Positions 12,801-25,000 of a stretch of DNA of 64,000 bases are shown piece after piece. This DNA is from Mytilus trossulus. Lineage: Eukaryota. Position numbers and translations under genes: made by a program. The notes beneath the pieces were generated by a model. That model ran no database searches and was not told where the DNA came from. It saw only the letters and a program-made list of their open reading frames with translations. The stretch lies in the NCBI RefSeq assembly GCF_036588685.1, contig NC_086386.1, positions 39,742,001-39,806,000 of the forward strand. The letters are read 5' to 3'. Within the stretch, counting starts at the first letter, position 1. Each line of letters starts with the position of its first letter.

Positions 12801-15800
12801 CCTGAAATTTTCAGATGAATCAAACAACCAATTGTTGGGTTGCTGCCACTTAATTGGTAATTTTAAGGAAATTTTGCAGTTTTTGGTCATTATCTTGAAT
12901 ATTATTATAGATAAAGATAAACTGTAAACACCAAAAATGATCAGCAAAGTAAGATCTACAAATAAGTTAATATGACCAAAATTGTCAATTGACCCCTTGA
13001 GGGGTTATTGTCCTTTAATGACAATTTTTCACAATTTGTTCATCATATTTGCTAACTTTAAAAAATCTTCTCCTCTAAAACTACTCAACTAAATTCAACC
13101 AAACTTCAACTGAATGATCAGTAGGGTGTATAAAATAAAGTTTGTGCTTTATTTTCTATTTCGTCAAAAAACATGGCCGTCATGGCTAAAAAAAGATCAC
13201 AGGGTAAAATGCAGTTTTTGGCTTATATCTCAAAAACTCCAGCATTTAGAGCAAATAAGACAATATGTTAAAGTATTTATTAGCTCAAGGTCTACCTGTC
13301 CTGTAATTTTCAGATGAATTGGGTAACTGGTTTTTCAGGTATAATGCCCCTGAATTGATGATTTTAAAGAAATTTTGCAGTTTTTGGTTATTATCTTGAA
13401 TACTATTATAGATACAGATCAACTGAACATTTAAATAAATTGAAAAGCCAAAATAATCACTGATGAGAGATTTAACCAAAAAAATTAAGGTGAGCGATTC
13501 AGGCTCTTGAGAGCCTCTTGTTAAAAACCAGTATGCATTTTGTGATAAAATTGTTGTGAAGCAAATTTTATGTGATCAGTTTATACAAAAGTGGTATAGT
13601 GATATACAAAGTTCCTCCCGTGGCCTCTTTTATTCGATGTTCAAAAAACAGTTTTGTTTGGAAAATTACTTATTGAGACTTAGTGAGTTTAATCGAACGT
13701 GGTTAACCAAACTGCGTACATCTAATTTACATTTACCTATAGAAACTGGTCGTTGGTTCAATATCCCAAGGGAAGAAAGAACATGTAACTTATGTACAAA
13801 TGGTATTGGAGATGAATTCCATATTATGTTTATATGTAAAAATGAAAATATTGTTTTATTAAGAAACAAGTACATACCTATGTACTACACAGCTCACCCG
13901 AGCATTATCAAGTTTGAAGGTTTACTCTCTTATTGTAATACTGAACTATACAAAAAGCTATCATTGTTCATCAGAAAAGTTAATGTATTTCTTTGATTTA
14001 TGTCATATCGATCCATATATATTGTATATCTTTTTCTTTATAATCATTCTCTCTGTTTGGTTCTAATGAGCTGTATATATTGATTTAAATATGTTTAATC
14101 GTTCTTCTGTCATGTTGTTTGCATATATTGTATTATATATTTGACCTCATGTTACACGTTTATATGTGTCTGAGTGTTTTCTAATAAATCGTTAAATCGT
14201 TAAATCGGGACACATTCTTGTTTTAATTAGATGGACATTTAGACTAAACAATAAAGAACAGTTCACTTTTACTCTGCTCAAATAAGAAAAAGAAAATGCC
14301 TACCTACCTACCTACCCAACCACTGTCTTTAACTTTGATAAGGAATTGAGCAAACCTACATCATTTTTAAGTGTGGCCTGGTCATCTTCTTAATTGATAT
14401 TTTTTACCGAAAAAAAGGTACGAAAATGCAAACACTGTATTTCTAAAATAGAACTAAATATCCCAAATGCCATATACCTCAGAATTGGAAAAACATATGC
14501 ACATATTCCGTTATAACATTATAGATAAAATATATTTTTTAAATAAGGAGATGGTATAATGGCAAATGAGAAAATAATGCATCACAAACCAAAAGACGAG
14601 AAGCTGATTGTACGGTATGGGATTTGCTCATTGCCGTAGCGTCATGATTAACTATAATTGTGTTCATCATCCCTCATAGTCGAAGACCTCATTGTGACAT
14701 ACATTTTATGTACATGCTTGCCATCCTTTGGTAACTGTTGGTTATTGCTCATTGTCGAAGGCCTCATGGTGACCTATAGTTGCGTACATCATTGTCATTA
14801 TTAGTATCTGTTGATTACTGCTCATTGACAATTATACCACATTTCCTTATTTTTATATTGAACTTTCATTGTTTCATTACAAGATTTCAAGATTTCAAGA
14901 TTTTATTGTACACTCTGACAGTTTACACGGTTACAAGAGGCAGATATACATAATATACAGCTTGACAGAAGTGGTATAAGATTTGTATAATAACAGAATA
15001 AAATTGAAATAAACATATATACAGGTCAATTGAATATAGGTCATCAAACACACCGTAACATACGGTTGTTTGACACGTGATTTAAACGATCAAAACAAAT
15101 TCACATAGCATGACATACATACATATATATATATTTAATTAATTAATATGATTAATTGGATTATAACACACAACTTGAATTAGGTAAGTACTAGACAGTT
15201 TCTTTGATCAAAAATACTTCATGATTTTTTGCAAAAATAATGCGACATTATTGAGTACTTTTATATTACAATAGTATAGCAAACCAAAGAGCTTGTCCTC
15301 TGTTGGATTAAAAAAATAATATCTTGGTATATGCATTTTTCTAATTCTTGCAATATTAGGGTTACAACATACTAGCAGATAATGAAATTCATTTCCTATC
15401 ACCCCCATTACAAGCACACATACAACACAATATCCTAAATATTACAGATTCATGTTTTGTACATTTTAATATATTCACAGCTTACGGTGGTGGGCAGCAG
15501 CAACAGACGTCAACAGTTGTGGTTGGACAGCCGCAGACTTTAGTGTTACAACAAACATACAGAGATTCACCAGTACGTACGACGTGTTCATCATGCAATG
15601 CAGATGTAATGACAGCCATTTCATTTGAAGTAGGAACGATGGCTTGGATAGTGGCGGGATGTCTCTGTATATTTGGGTATGCTATATTGAATGAATAATA
15701 AAACACCATATTCGACTAGTCAGACAAGTTCAACCAACAAAATGCTACAGCATTAAATTTTCAAAGTAAATAGATATAAAAAGATGTGGTATGAGTGCCA

Positions 15801-17229
15801 ATTTTACTCGATCTTCATCAAAGTCACAATTTGTCAAAAGTATACACGAAGCCTCTTTCAGCTATATATCTGTGATGGTATCGACAATAAAATTCAAAGA
15901 TCCATTTTGAAAAAAGGGGTCCAGATGAACATGCCAGACTTATATGTACACCATACCATCATTCCAATACACTAAGTATAGTGGACTATTTGTGCCGAAT
16001 AGTATCCGAGAAACAGAACGTATCATGAAAACTAAACATGTCTGCTCTTTTGTCGGGTTGTTGTCTCTTTGCCACATTCCCCATTTCCATTCTCAATTTT
16101 CTTGACAAAGGAACCATGATTAATGAGCTCTGTCAGACAAATATTTACATCTTCCAATCATATCATACACTTGGCATATTGAAGTATTGGCCATAGTACA
16201 TAAGAGTGGACTAGATCTCAAAAATATAGTATTGACAATTGAACCATGAAAATTCGGTCATGATAAAACGCCAAACGAAAACCACTGCCACCGGATTATC
16301 ATCGCTAAGTCTCGCTTTCTGCGAGTTTGTCTGAAGCGAGAGAGAAACTGAAAAACTAAAAAAAAAAAAAAAAACAACAACAAAAACATGCACTCACATA
16401 ATAAGAATTAAAATATAAAACTGAGATAAGGCGCACACAGTCTGTTTGTGTACCTTGGGTATAGAAAATTATTTGAATTTAAATTGATAAATGTTTTGAA
16501 CTCAGAAATTCAAACCCCCGTTAAATATATATATTCTATACCCAAGGTACACAAACAGACTGTGTGCGCCTTATCTCAGTTTTATATTTTAATTCTTATT
16601 ATATATTTATATATTTATGTCCTTCACTTATATATGAATGGTAGGTGGTTTTAGATCTTAGTATTGAGAAAAATAAATTTGTCTATAAATTGTTTTCAAT
16701 CAATTATTAAAATTATTCAATCATTTATTGAAGTTATTCAATCAATTATTAAAATCATTGAAATAAATTACTTTGCCGTTCAAGGTACATCGTATCCAAT
16801 CTATCTAAATACCATTGCATACTTCTAAAGTGCATTTGGTTAAATGTACCCGATTTACCATATATCATGGTTGAACATTGGGGTCTAATCAAGGATTTTA
16901 AATTAGGGGACTAAAGCGTATATTTCCGTATATTTCCCCCGAGCGAAGAAAGTAAATACAAAAGTTTTGAAGAAAAATTATAGAAATATTCTTTATTAAG
17001 CAAAGAACAACCCATATACCTTTTTCAAAATTAAGGAGGGCACAACGTCACACATACCAGGCCCCGTCTTAATCCACCCCTTAACATTGTATAATCATTT
17101 ATTTGCCTGTTTTTTTTTTGTAGATTTTGGCTTTGTTGTTTTATTCCATTCTGTGTTGACGGCTGTAAGGATGTTGTTCACACTTGTCCAAACTGTAACC
17201 ATATGGTGGGAAGGTTCAACAGAATGTGA
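9821..17229 (+). CDS. LITAF: LITAF-domain protein 1, 191 aa; join(9821..10094,15481..15676,17124..17229)
   Basis: GT-AG junctions give a 576-nt open frame: MDKGSP..(QQYGQPP)x11..[67 protein letters not shown]; AATAAA ~130 nt after the stop. The symbol denotes family, not orthology. Confidence 0.92.
10944..11022. mobile_element. 79-bp mini inverted-repeat element
   Basis: 30-bp TIR CAATCTAATTAAAATATTGATCTCTGATTA; flanking direct repeat ATGATCTTTC; a solo end recurs at 35883-35912. Confidence 0.7.
11129..14206 (+). mobile_element. 5'-truncated LINE (RTE-X/CR1-group-like RT) in intron 1 of gene 1
   Basis: ORFs 11103-11627, 11605-12177, 12211-12470 and 13556-13996 ([47 protein letters not shown]); 3' tail (TAAATCGT)n; probable TSD GGGACA. 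Confidence 0.9.
12473..13522 (+). mobile_element. Helentron-associated (HINE/DINE-like) element nested in the LINE
   Basis: Starts TTAGCTCACCT, (GTC)n microsatellite, subterminal inverted GGTGAGC, 3' hairpin GAGGCTC-type (AGGCTCTTGAGAGCCT), inserted in a T run; LINE coding sequence resumes after it. Confidence 0.85.
14884..15405 (-). mobile_element. LINE 3' end fragment
   Basis: ORF with [11 protein letters not shown] motif; (AATCTTGA)n tail; TSD CATTACAAG at 14875-14883 and 15406-15414; absent in the gene 2 intron. Confidence 0.82.
16398..16602. mobile_element. MITE with ~70-bp inverted arms
   Basis: ATAATAAGAATTAAAATATAAAACTGAGATAAGGCGCACACAGTCTGTTTGTGTACCTTGGGTATAGAA and its reverse complement; only the left arm survives in the gene 2 copy (~26744-26810). 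Confidence 0.75.
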
Positions 17230-19052
17230 TAAAATGACAATGTTTTAAAACACAGCACCAGAGCATTTATATTTTATAATATGAATGAACAGTATAAATT
17301 AAGAGCGCTAGCAAGCTTTTAGACAATTGTATTAACGTATATGGACATTTCTTTAAATAAAAGCAATTATAATTTTGTAGACGTTTTCCTGTACATATAT
17401 CTCTTGTGTAGAGTTGTCAGTCTATCATGCCACATCTACTCAGTAGTTTATATACAACCTATTGATTTTCTCTGTTAAAACATTTGTATTATGTCTGATG
17501 ATTACTACCCATAATTTAATTGCTCAAGCACATAATCAATTTATTTACAATTCATCAGTGACACAAGCAGTTTAAATATAGCACCGAAATGTTATCATGT
17601 AATAAGATTCCGAGTATAAAAAGAGACTGTAATGAACTTTTTTTTAGAAAAACTCGCGTCTTCTGTTTCTGTATTTGTTCTGTTGAGTCACATGTTGATT
17701 GGTTGTGCAGCAAACGCTGTCATAGTTGTGATGTTATGCTATTGTTTCAAAATAAGGGAGAAGTTTGGATCCATTAAAACGTTTAATCCCTCTGCAGGAA
17801 TTTGATGTACACTAGTTGTCAATTGTTTATGTAATTTATACGTGTTTCTCGTTTCTCGTTTTTTTTTATATAGATTAGACATCTGTTTTGCTGTTTACGA
17901 GTACAGTAGCTGCATGTTCAGATAAGAACTTATCGAGTCGACATTTATTGATTAAACTCAGGTGATATTAAAATAATGTTTAACTAGTTCTATTTCAACA
18001 AATTATATCACAAATAAGTAAAGAGTGTTTTTTTTCTTTGAATTTCAATTTGGTGTTGCAATACTTTTTTCCATGTGTATATATTTCAAAAATACAATAT
18101 TATAATAAATAAATTTGTTAAAACAGAAAACAGATCCATAATACAGAGAAATGCAATATAATTAAAATACAAACAAAAACATCGAAAAAAGGAGGGGGTG
18201 GGGAAAAAATGTCCTATCTCAAAGTGCCTATGGCACAAATGATCCTCCGCATTCATCGTATGAAAATAATATGATATAATGTGCTTTGTTTGTTAAATTT
18301 TTTTATTATTCAAAATCTATAACAAAGAATAAATTGACTGGAATTTATATCATCTCAAATTATCTATACAATTGAATTTCAAGGGTAAAAAAATATAAAT
18401 CAGTATACGCAAAAAATGGTTGTGTTAGAAACTGCTCTTTTAGTCAATTCTGAGACATCATATATACGGTATGATAGTCCCAGTCTTCACGTCAAATGAA
18501 TCTGTATTGCAATCAGACTGAATGAAACCATGCATGCTGTGTTTTTTTAATATTGTTAGCATGTCTATCCGAAACTAGTATAACACTGTGTTATAGTAGA
18601 CACATTGTGACTCTTTCATTAAGCACAGTTCACCATGCTGCTTTCAATAGTTTTGTCAAATTGTAAAAACTCAGTATGCAGTGGCGGTTCTAGGGTCCAG
18701 AGGTTTAAACCACATTTTAACGACTCGAATTACTGCTTTTGAATAGAAACATATGCATGGTTGCACCCCCCCCCCCCCCAATAAAAATAAAACCGCGCAC
18801 GCACACACAGTTATCTTGGGTTGAAAGCCGTTTTTCAAAACTTGCTGGATCCTCCCCTGTCAGTATTGCATATATGTCTATTGCGTAATGCTGTGTCACA
18901 GTCTAACAGACTTATATTTATATTCAAATAAACTCTGTTTGAACAATATGATAGTATAGTCTCGGTTGATAGCATTTCAACTTCAAATCATTGGTTTTTA
19001 AATCGGACATATTTCCTTTGACCCAATCTATATCTAAACCGGCTTGATAAAT

Positions 19053-22000
19053 ATGGATAAGGGATCACCATATCCACAGTCGCAGCCTCAACAACAGTAC
19101 GGTCAACCTCCACAGCAGTATGGTCAGCCTCCACAACAGTATGGTCAACCACCACAGCAGTATGGTCAACCGCCCCAACAGTATGGTCAACCGCCCCAAC
19201 AGTATGGCCAGCCACCAGGTAAGAAGTCAGCTTTTATATATTGTTTTTTTTTTTATATTTTGAACCATTTTGTACAGTTATGTTGAATTAGAATTGTATA
19301 TTGTTTCGTTTTCCGTTTTATTAAACTTGTACTACTATAACAACAGAAAAATGTTGAGAGGTGAAAAATAGGGACATGGATTTGTTTTTATCTACTTGTA
19401 TACACTTTATTAAAGGTATTATGTCGGTTCGTCGACATGAAATTTATCAAATATTCAAGTTTTAAATACTGTTCATCCCAACCATTCAGATGAAAATATT
19501 AAATATGACACTGTTTAATGCAATATATTGAATGGAACAATTGTGTTCCTCTTTCAACAATGAGCAAGACCTTTACCGCATTTATACTCGTCAGCAATCA
19601 AATAAATTTCAAACAGTTCAAATGAGAAAACTAACTGCCTGATTTATGCATAAAACAATGAACGAAACACAGATATGATATCAAGCAATACAGTGTGTCA
19701 TTGTAAAAATAAAAAGAACTCAAAAGCAAAAGTGCGTTTGAGATCCATACCGACCAACTTAAACTTATTCCTTTATTCAATGGGGGAAAACTAACTGAAC
19801 AATGTACGTCATATGATAATGAGTTTAAACCTCCAAAATTAACCACCATTGCTGACAGTATAATTATGATATATTATGGCTACATAAGAATTAAAAATTT
19901 AATGCGATATAGAAAGGAAATTATATGAAGACTGTGTTATAACTTTAAAATCAATTACTTTACATAATGACACATTACTTGTTGAACAAGAAGCAATAAA
20001 TGGTCATTCACTATATATTCGCACAACATCCTGTCCACAAGTTAACAATTTTTTTTTTCTTTCTGTGACGTATTAAATTTATAATAAGATCCATTTTGTT
20101 ACAACCTGTGATCAATTTTATTTGGCAATCGCCAATGGCAGTCAGCAGGGTTAAAGAACATCAGTTGTTCGACCCGTTAGTCAAATGCGTTTTGTTTAAA
20201 TATACTTTTTCACTCTTTTGGTCTTTTGGAAAATGTTGTTTGTGCTGTTTTTAGACCCTTCTACAACGAAATTTGTTTGACATGCACACGTATAAAAATT
20301 GCGGTTTTTATCCAACGCAGTCATAGGTTTGAACGTAGTTTTCAATTTAGACTCGTTTATATTTTTTGTTTGGGCATGTATCATATTTTCCCTCCGGTTT
20401 ATATGATCCGTTCATCCTATATATTGACTCTTAAAATTCAAGAGTTAATCTAAAAATGAGGGTACTTTCTCTAAAAATGAGGGTGCTTTTTATATGGCCT
20501 TCCAAATACCGTTTCGATCCCTAACATCACTGAAGAGACATTTATTGTCGAAATCCGGATATGGTGTACTAAAGAAATATTGACACCGAATGTTTGTGGC
20601 ACAACATCCTGTCCACAAGTTAACAATTTTTTTTTTCTTTCTGTGACGTATTAAATTTATAATAAGATCCATTTTGTTACAACCTGTGATCAATTTTATT
20701 TGGCAATCGCCAATGGCAGTCAGCAGGGTTAAAGAACATCAGTTGTTCGACCTGTTAGTCAAATGCGTTTTGTTTAAATATACTTTTTCACTCTTTTGGT
20801 CTTTTGGAAAATGTTGTTTGTGCTGTTTTTAGACCCTTCTACAACGAAATTTGTTTGACATGCACACGTATAAAAATTGCGGTTTTTATCCAACGCAGTC
20901 ATAGGTTTGAACGTAGTTTTCAATTTAGACTCGTTTATATTTTTTGTTTGGGCATGTATCATATTTTCCCTCCGGTTTATATGATCCGTTCATCCTATAT
21001 ATTGACTCTTAAAATTCAAGAGTTAATCTAAAAATGAGGGTACTTTCTCTAAAAATGAGGGTGCTTTTTATATGGCCTTCCAAATACCGTTTCGATCCCT
21101 AACATCACTGAAGAGACATTTATTGTCGAAATCCGGATATGGTGTACTAAAGAAATATTGACACCGAATGTTTGTGGCACAACATCCTGTCCACAAGTTA
21201 ACAATTTTTTTTTTCTTTCTGTGACGTATTAAATTTATAATAAGATCCATTTTGTTACAACCTGTGATCAATTTTATTTGGCAATCGCCAATGGCAGTCA
21301 GCAGGGTTAAAGAACATCAGTTGTTCGACCTGTTAGTCAAATGCGTTTTGTTTAAATATACTTTTTCACTCTTTTGGTCTTTTGGAAAATGTTGTTTGTG
21401 CTGTTTTTAGACCCTTCTACAACGAAATTTGTTTGACATGCACACGTATAAAAATTGCGGTTTTTATCCAACGCAGTCATAGGTTTGAACGTAGTTTTCA
21501 ATTTAGACTCGTTTATATTTTTTGTTTGGGCATGTATCATATTTTCCCTCCGGTTTATATGATCCGTTCATCCTATATATTGACTCTTAAAATTCAAGAG
21601 TTAATCTAAAAATGAGGGTACTTTCTCTAAAAATGAGGGTGCTTTTTATATGGCCTTCCAAATACCGTTTCAATCCCTAACATCACTGAAGAGACATTTA
21701 TTGTCGAAATCCGGATATGGTGTACTAAAGAAATATTGACACCGAATGTTTGTGGCACAACATCCTGTCCACAAGTTAACAATTTTTTTTTTCTTTCTGT
21801 GACGTATTAAATTTATAATAAGATCCATTTTGTTACAACCTGTGATCAATTTTATTTGGCAATCGCCAATGGCAGTCAGCAGGGTTAAAGAACATCAGTT
21901 GTTCGACCTGTTAGTCAAATGCGTTTTGTTTAAATATACTTTTTCACTCTTTTGGTCTTTTGGAAAATGTTGTTTGTGCTGTTTTTAGACCCTTCTACAA

Positions 22001-25000
22001 CGAAATTTGTTTGACATGCACACGTATAAAAATTGCGGTTTTTATCCAACGCAGTCATAGGTTTGAACGTAGTTTTCAATTTAGACTCGTTTATATTTTT
22101 TGTTTGGGCATGTATCATATTTTCCCTCCGGTTTATATGATCCGTTCATCCTATATATTGACTCTTAAAATTCAAGAGTTAATCTAAAAATGAGGGTACT
22201 TTCTCTAAAAATGAGGGTGCTTTTTATATGGCCTTCCAAATACCGTTTCGATCCCTAACATCACTGAAGAGACATTTATTGTCGAAATCCGGATATGGTG
22301 TACTAAAGAAATATTGACACCGAATGTTTGTGGCACAACATCCTGTCCACAAGTTAACAATTTTTTTTTTCTTTCTGTGACGTATTAAATTTATAATAAG
22401 ATCCATTTTGTTACAACCTGTGATCAATTTTATTTGGCAATCGCCAATGGCAGTCAGCAGGGTTAAAGAACATCAGTTGTTCGACCTGTTAGTCAAATGC
22501 GTTTTGTTTAAATATACTTTTTCACTCTTTTGGTCTTTTGGAAAATGTTGTTTGTGCTGTTTTTAGACCCTTCTACAACGAAATTTGTTTGACATGCACA
22601 CGTATAAAAATTGCGGTTTTTATCCAACGCAGTCATAGGTTTGAACGTAGTTTTCAATTTAGACTCGTTTATATTTTTTGTTTGGGCATGTATCATATTT
22701 TCCCTCCGGTTTATATGATCCGTTCATCCTATATATTGACTCTTAAAATTCAAGAGTTAATCTAAAAATGAGGGTACTTTCTCTAAAAATGAGGGTGCTT
22801 TTTATATGGCCTTCCAAATACCGTTTCGATCCCTAACATCACTGAAGAGACATTTATTGTCGAAATCCGGATATGGTGTACTAAAGAAATATTGACACCG
22901 AATGTTTGTGGCACAACATCCTGTCCACAAGTTAACAATTTTTTTTTTTCTTTCTGTGACGTATTAAATTTATAATAAGATCCATTTTGTTACAACCTGT
23001 GATCAATTTTATTTGGCAATCGCCAATGGCAGTCAGCAGGGTTAAAGAACATCAGTTGTTCGACCTGTTAGTCAAATGCGTTTTGTTTAAATATACTTTT
23101 TCACTCTTTTGGTCTTTTGGAAAATGTTGTTTGTGCTGTTTTTAGACCCTTCTACAACGAAATTTGTTTGACATGCACACGTATAAAAATTGCGGTTTTT
23201 ATCCAACGCAGTCATAGGTTTGAACGTAGTTTTCAATTTAGACTCGTATATATATATATATATATATAAAAGTCTATAAAAAGGACCAACCAGCAAATTT
23301 AGTAATTTACTATGTACCGGATCGTCTAGAATAGGCGATACTATGCATGCAGATAAGGAAAAAAATATATCAGTCTAAAGATTTGCACAACGGTACTGAT
23401 ATAAGGTGTTATTAAACGAAAATGTTGTTATAAAATCGTGTTGACAAATATTTCGGCTCAACAAATGGCCTTCTTCTTGTGTCACAAGTTTTAACAATAC
23501 TCCTAAATGTATACGGTATAGGGTTTGATCGTTGTCGAAGGCCTCGCTGTGACCTATATGTGTGTACATCATTGCTCATTGTTGAAGACCTAATGGTTAC
23601 CAATAGCTATGTGCATCCTCGCCATCTTTTTACTGTTGGTTATTGTTCATTGTCGAAGGCCTTATTGTGACCTATAGTTGGGTACATTCTAACCGTTCTT
23701 TGGACACTGTTGCATAGTTATATTGGTCATTGTCGAAATCCACATGGTGACCTATAGTTGTGTAAACCCTCACCAGCCTTTGGTTTGGTAACTTTTGATA
23801 ATTGCTTATTGACAATCAAATCACATCTCCTAATTTTATATTGAGCTTTCATTATGTGTTATTGGTTAACTGTACACACAAACACACGACACGACACAAA
23901 GTCCTAAATATTACAGATTTTTAAGAATCATGTTTTGTACATTTTAATATATTCACAGCTTATGGTGGTGGACAGCAGCAACAGTCGTCAACAGTTGTGA
24001 TTGGACAGCCGCAGACTTTAGTGTTACAACAAACATACAGAGACTCGCCAGTACGTACGACGTGTCCATCATGCAATGCAGATATAATGACAGCCATTTC
24101 ATTTGAAGTAGGAACGATGGCTTGGGTAGTGGCTGGTTGTCTCTGTATATTTGGGTATGCTATATTGAATGAATAACGCACCATATTCGCATCGGCGGAT
24201 CCAGGGAAAATGGGGAAATTGGTTGATTATTAGTATATAGGGAATCACTTAGCATGACTGGAGCACCTTCCCCCCTTTAGGTCAGTCAGCGCTCCCCCCT
24301 TTATGAAAAGTTCTGGATACGCCACTGATTCGTCTTGTAAGATATGTTCTGTAATCAAAATACTTCAACAGGAAATTTTCAAAGTAAATAGATATAAGAA
24401 GATGTGGTATGATTGCCAATTATAGACAACTCGATCTCCTTCCAGGTCACAATTTTTCAAAAGTACACGGAGCCTATGTGTATTAATATATCACTGGCAA
24501 TCGTGTTGTATCAGCTATATACTCTGTGATGAGCACTGGCAATCGTGTTGTATCAGCTATATATCTGTGATGATATCGACACAAGACCTAGCCAAAAAAA
24601 ATCAAAGATCACTTTTGCAAAAAAGGGTCCAGATGTATACATGCCAGACTTATAAATGTAAATGTACACTATACCAATACACAAAATATAAAGTGGACTA
24701 TTTTGTGGATAAAATCCAAGAAACATAACTTAAAATGAAAACTAAACATGCCTGCTCTTTGGTCGGTTGTTGTCTCTTTGACACATTCCCCATTTCCATT
24801 CTCAATTTTATTGACAAATGAACGATAAATGAGCTCTGTCAGACAAATATGTACATCTTCCATTCATTCTATACACCTTGACATATTGAACTATTGGCCA
24901 TTGCACACAATAGTGGACTAAAATTTAACTACATTCAAGTCCATCCGCTCCACAGAGAGTCATATAGTACATAAACATATCACAACCACATCAAAGCTTC

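Noticed and set aside
20021-23247. CRISPR array or repeated small ORFs (62-75 aa)
   Set aside because: Whole units are identical with no unique spacers, the context is eukaryotic, and the ORFs recur only because the DNA is repeated.
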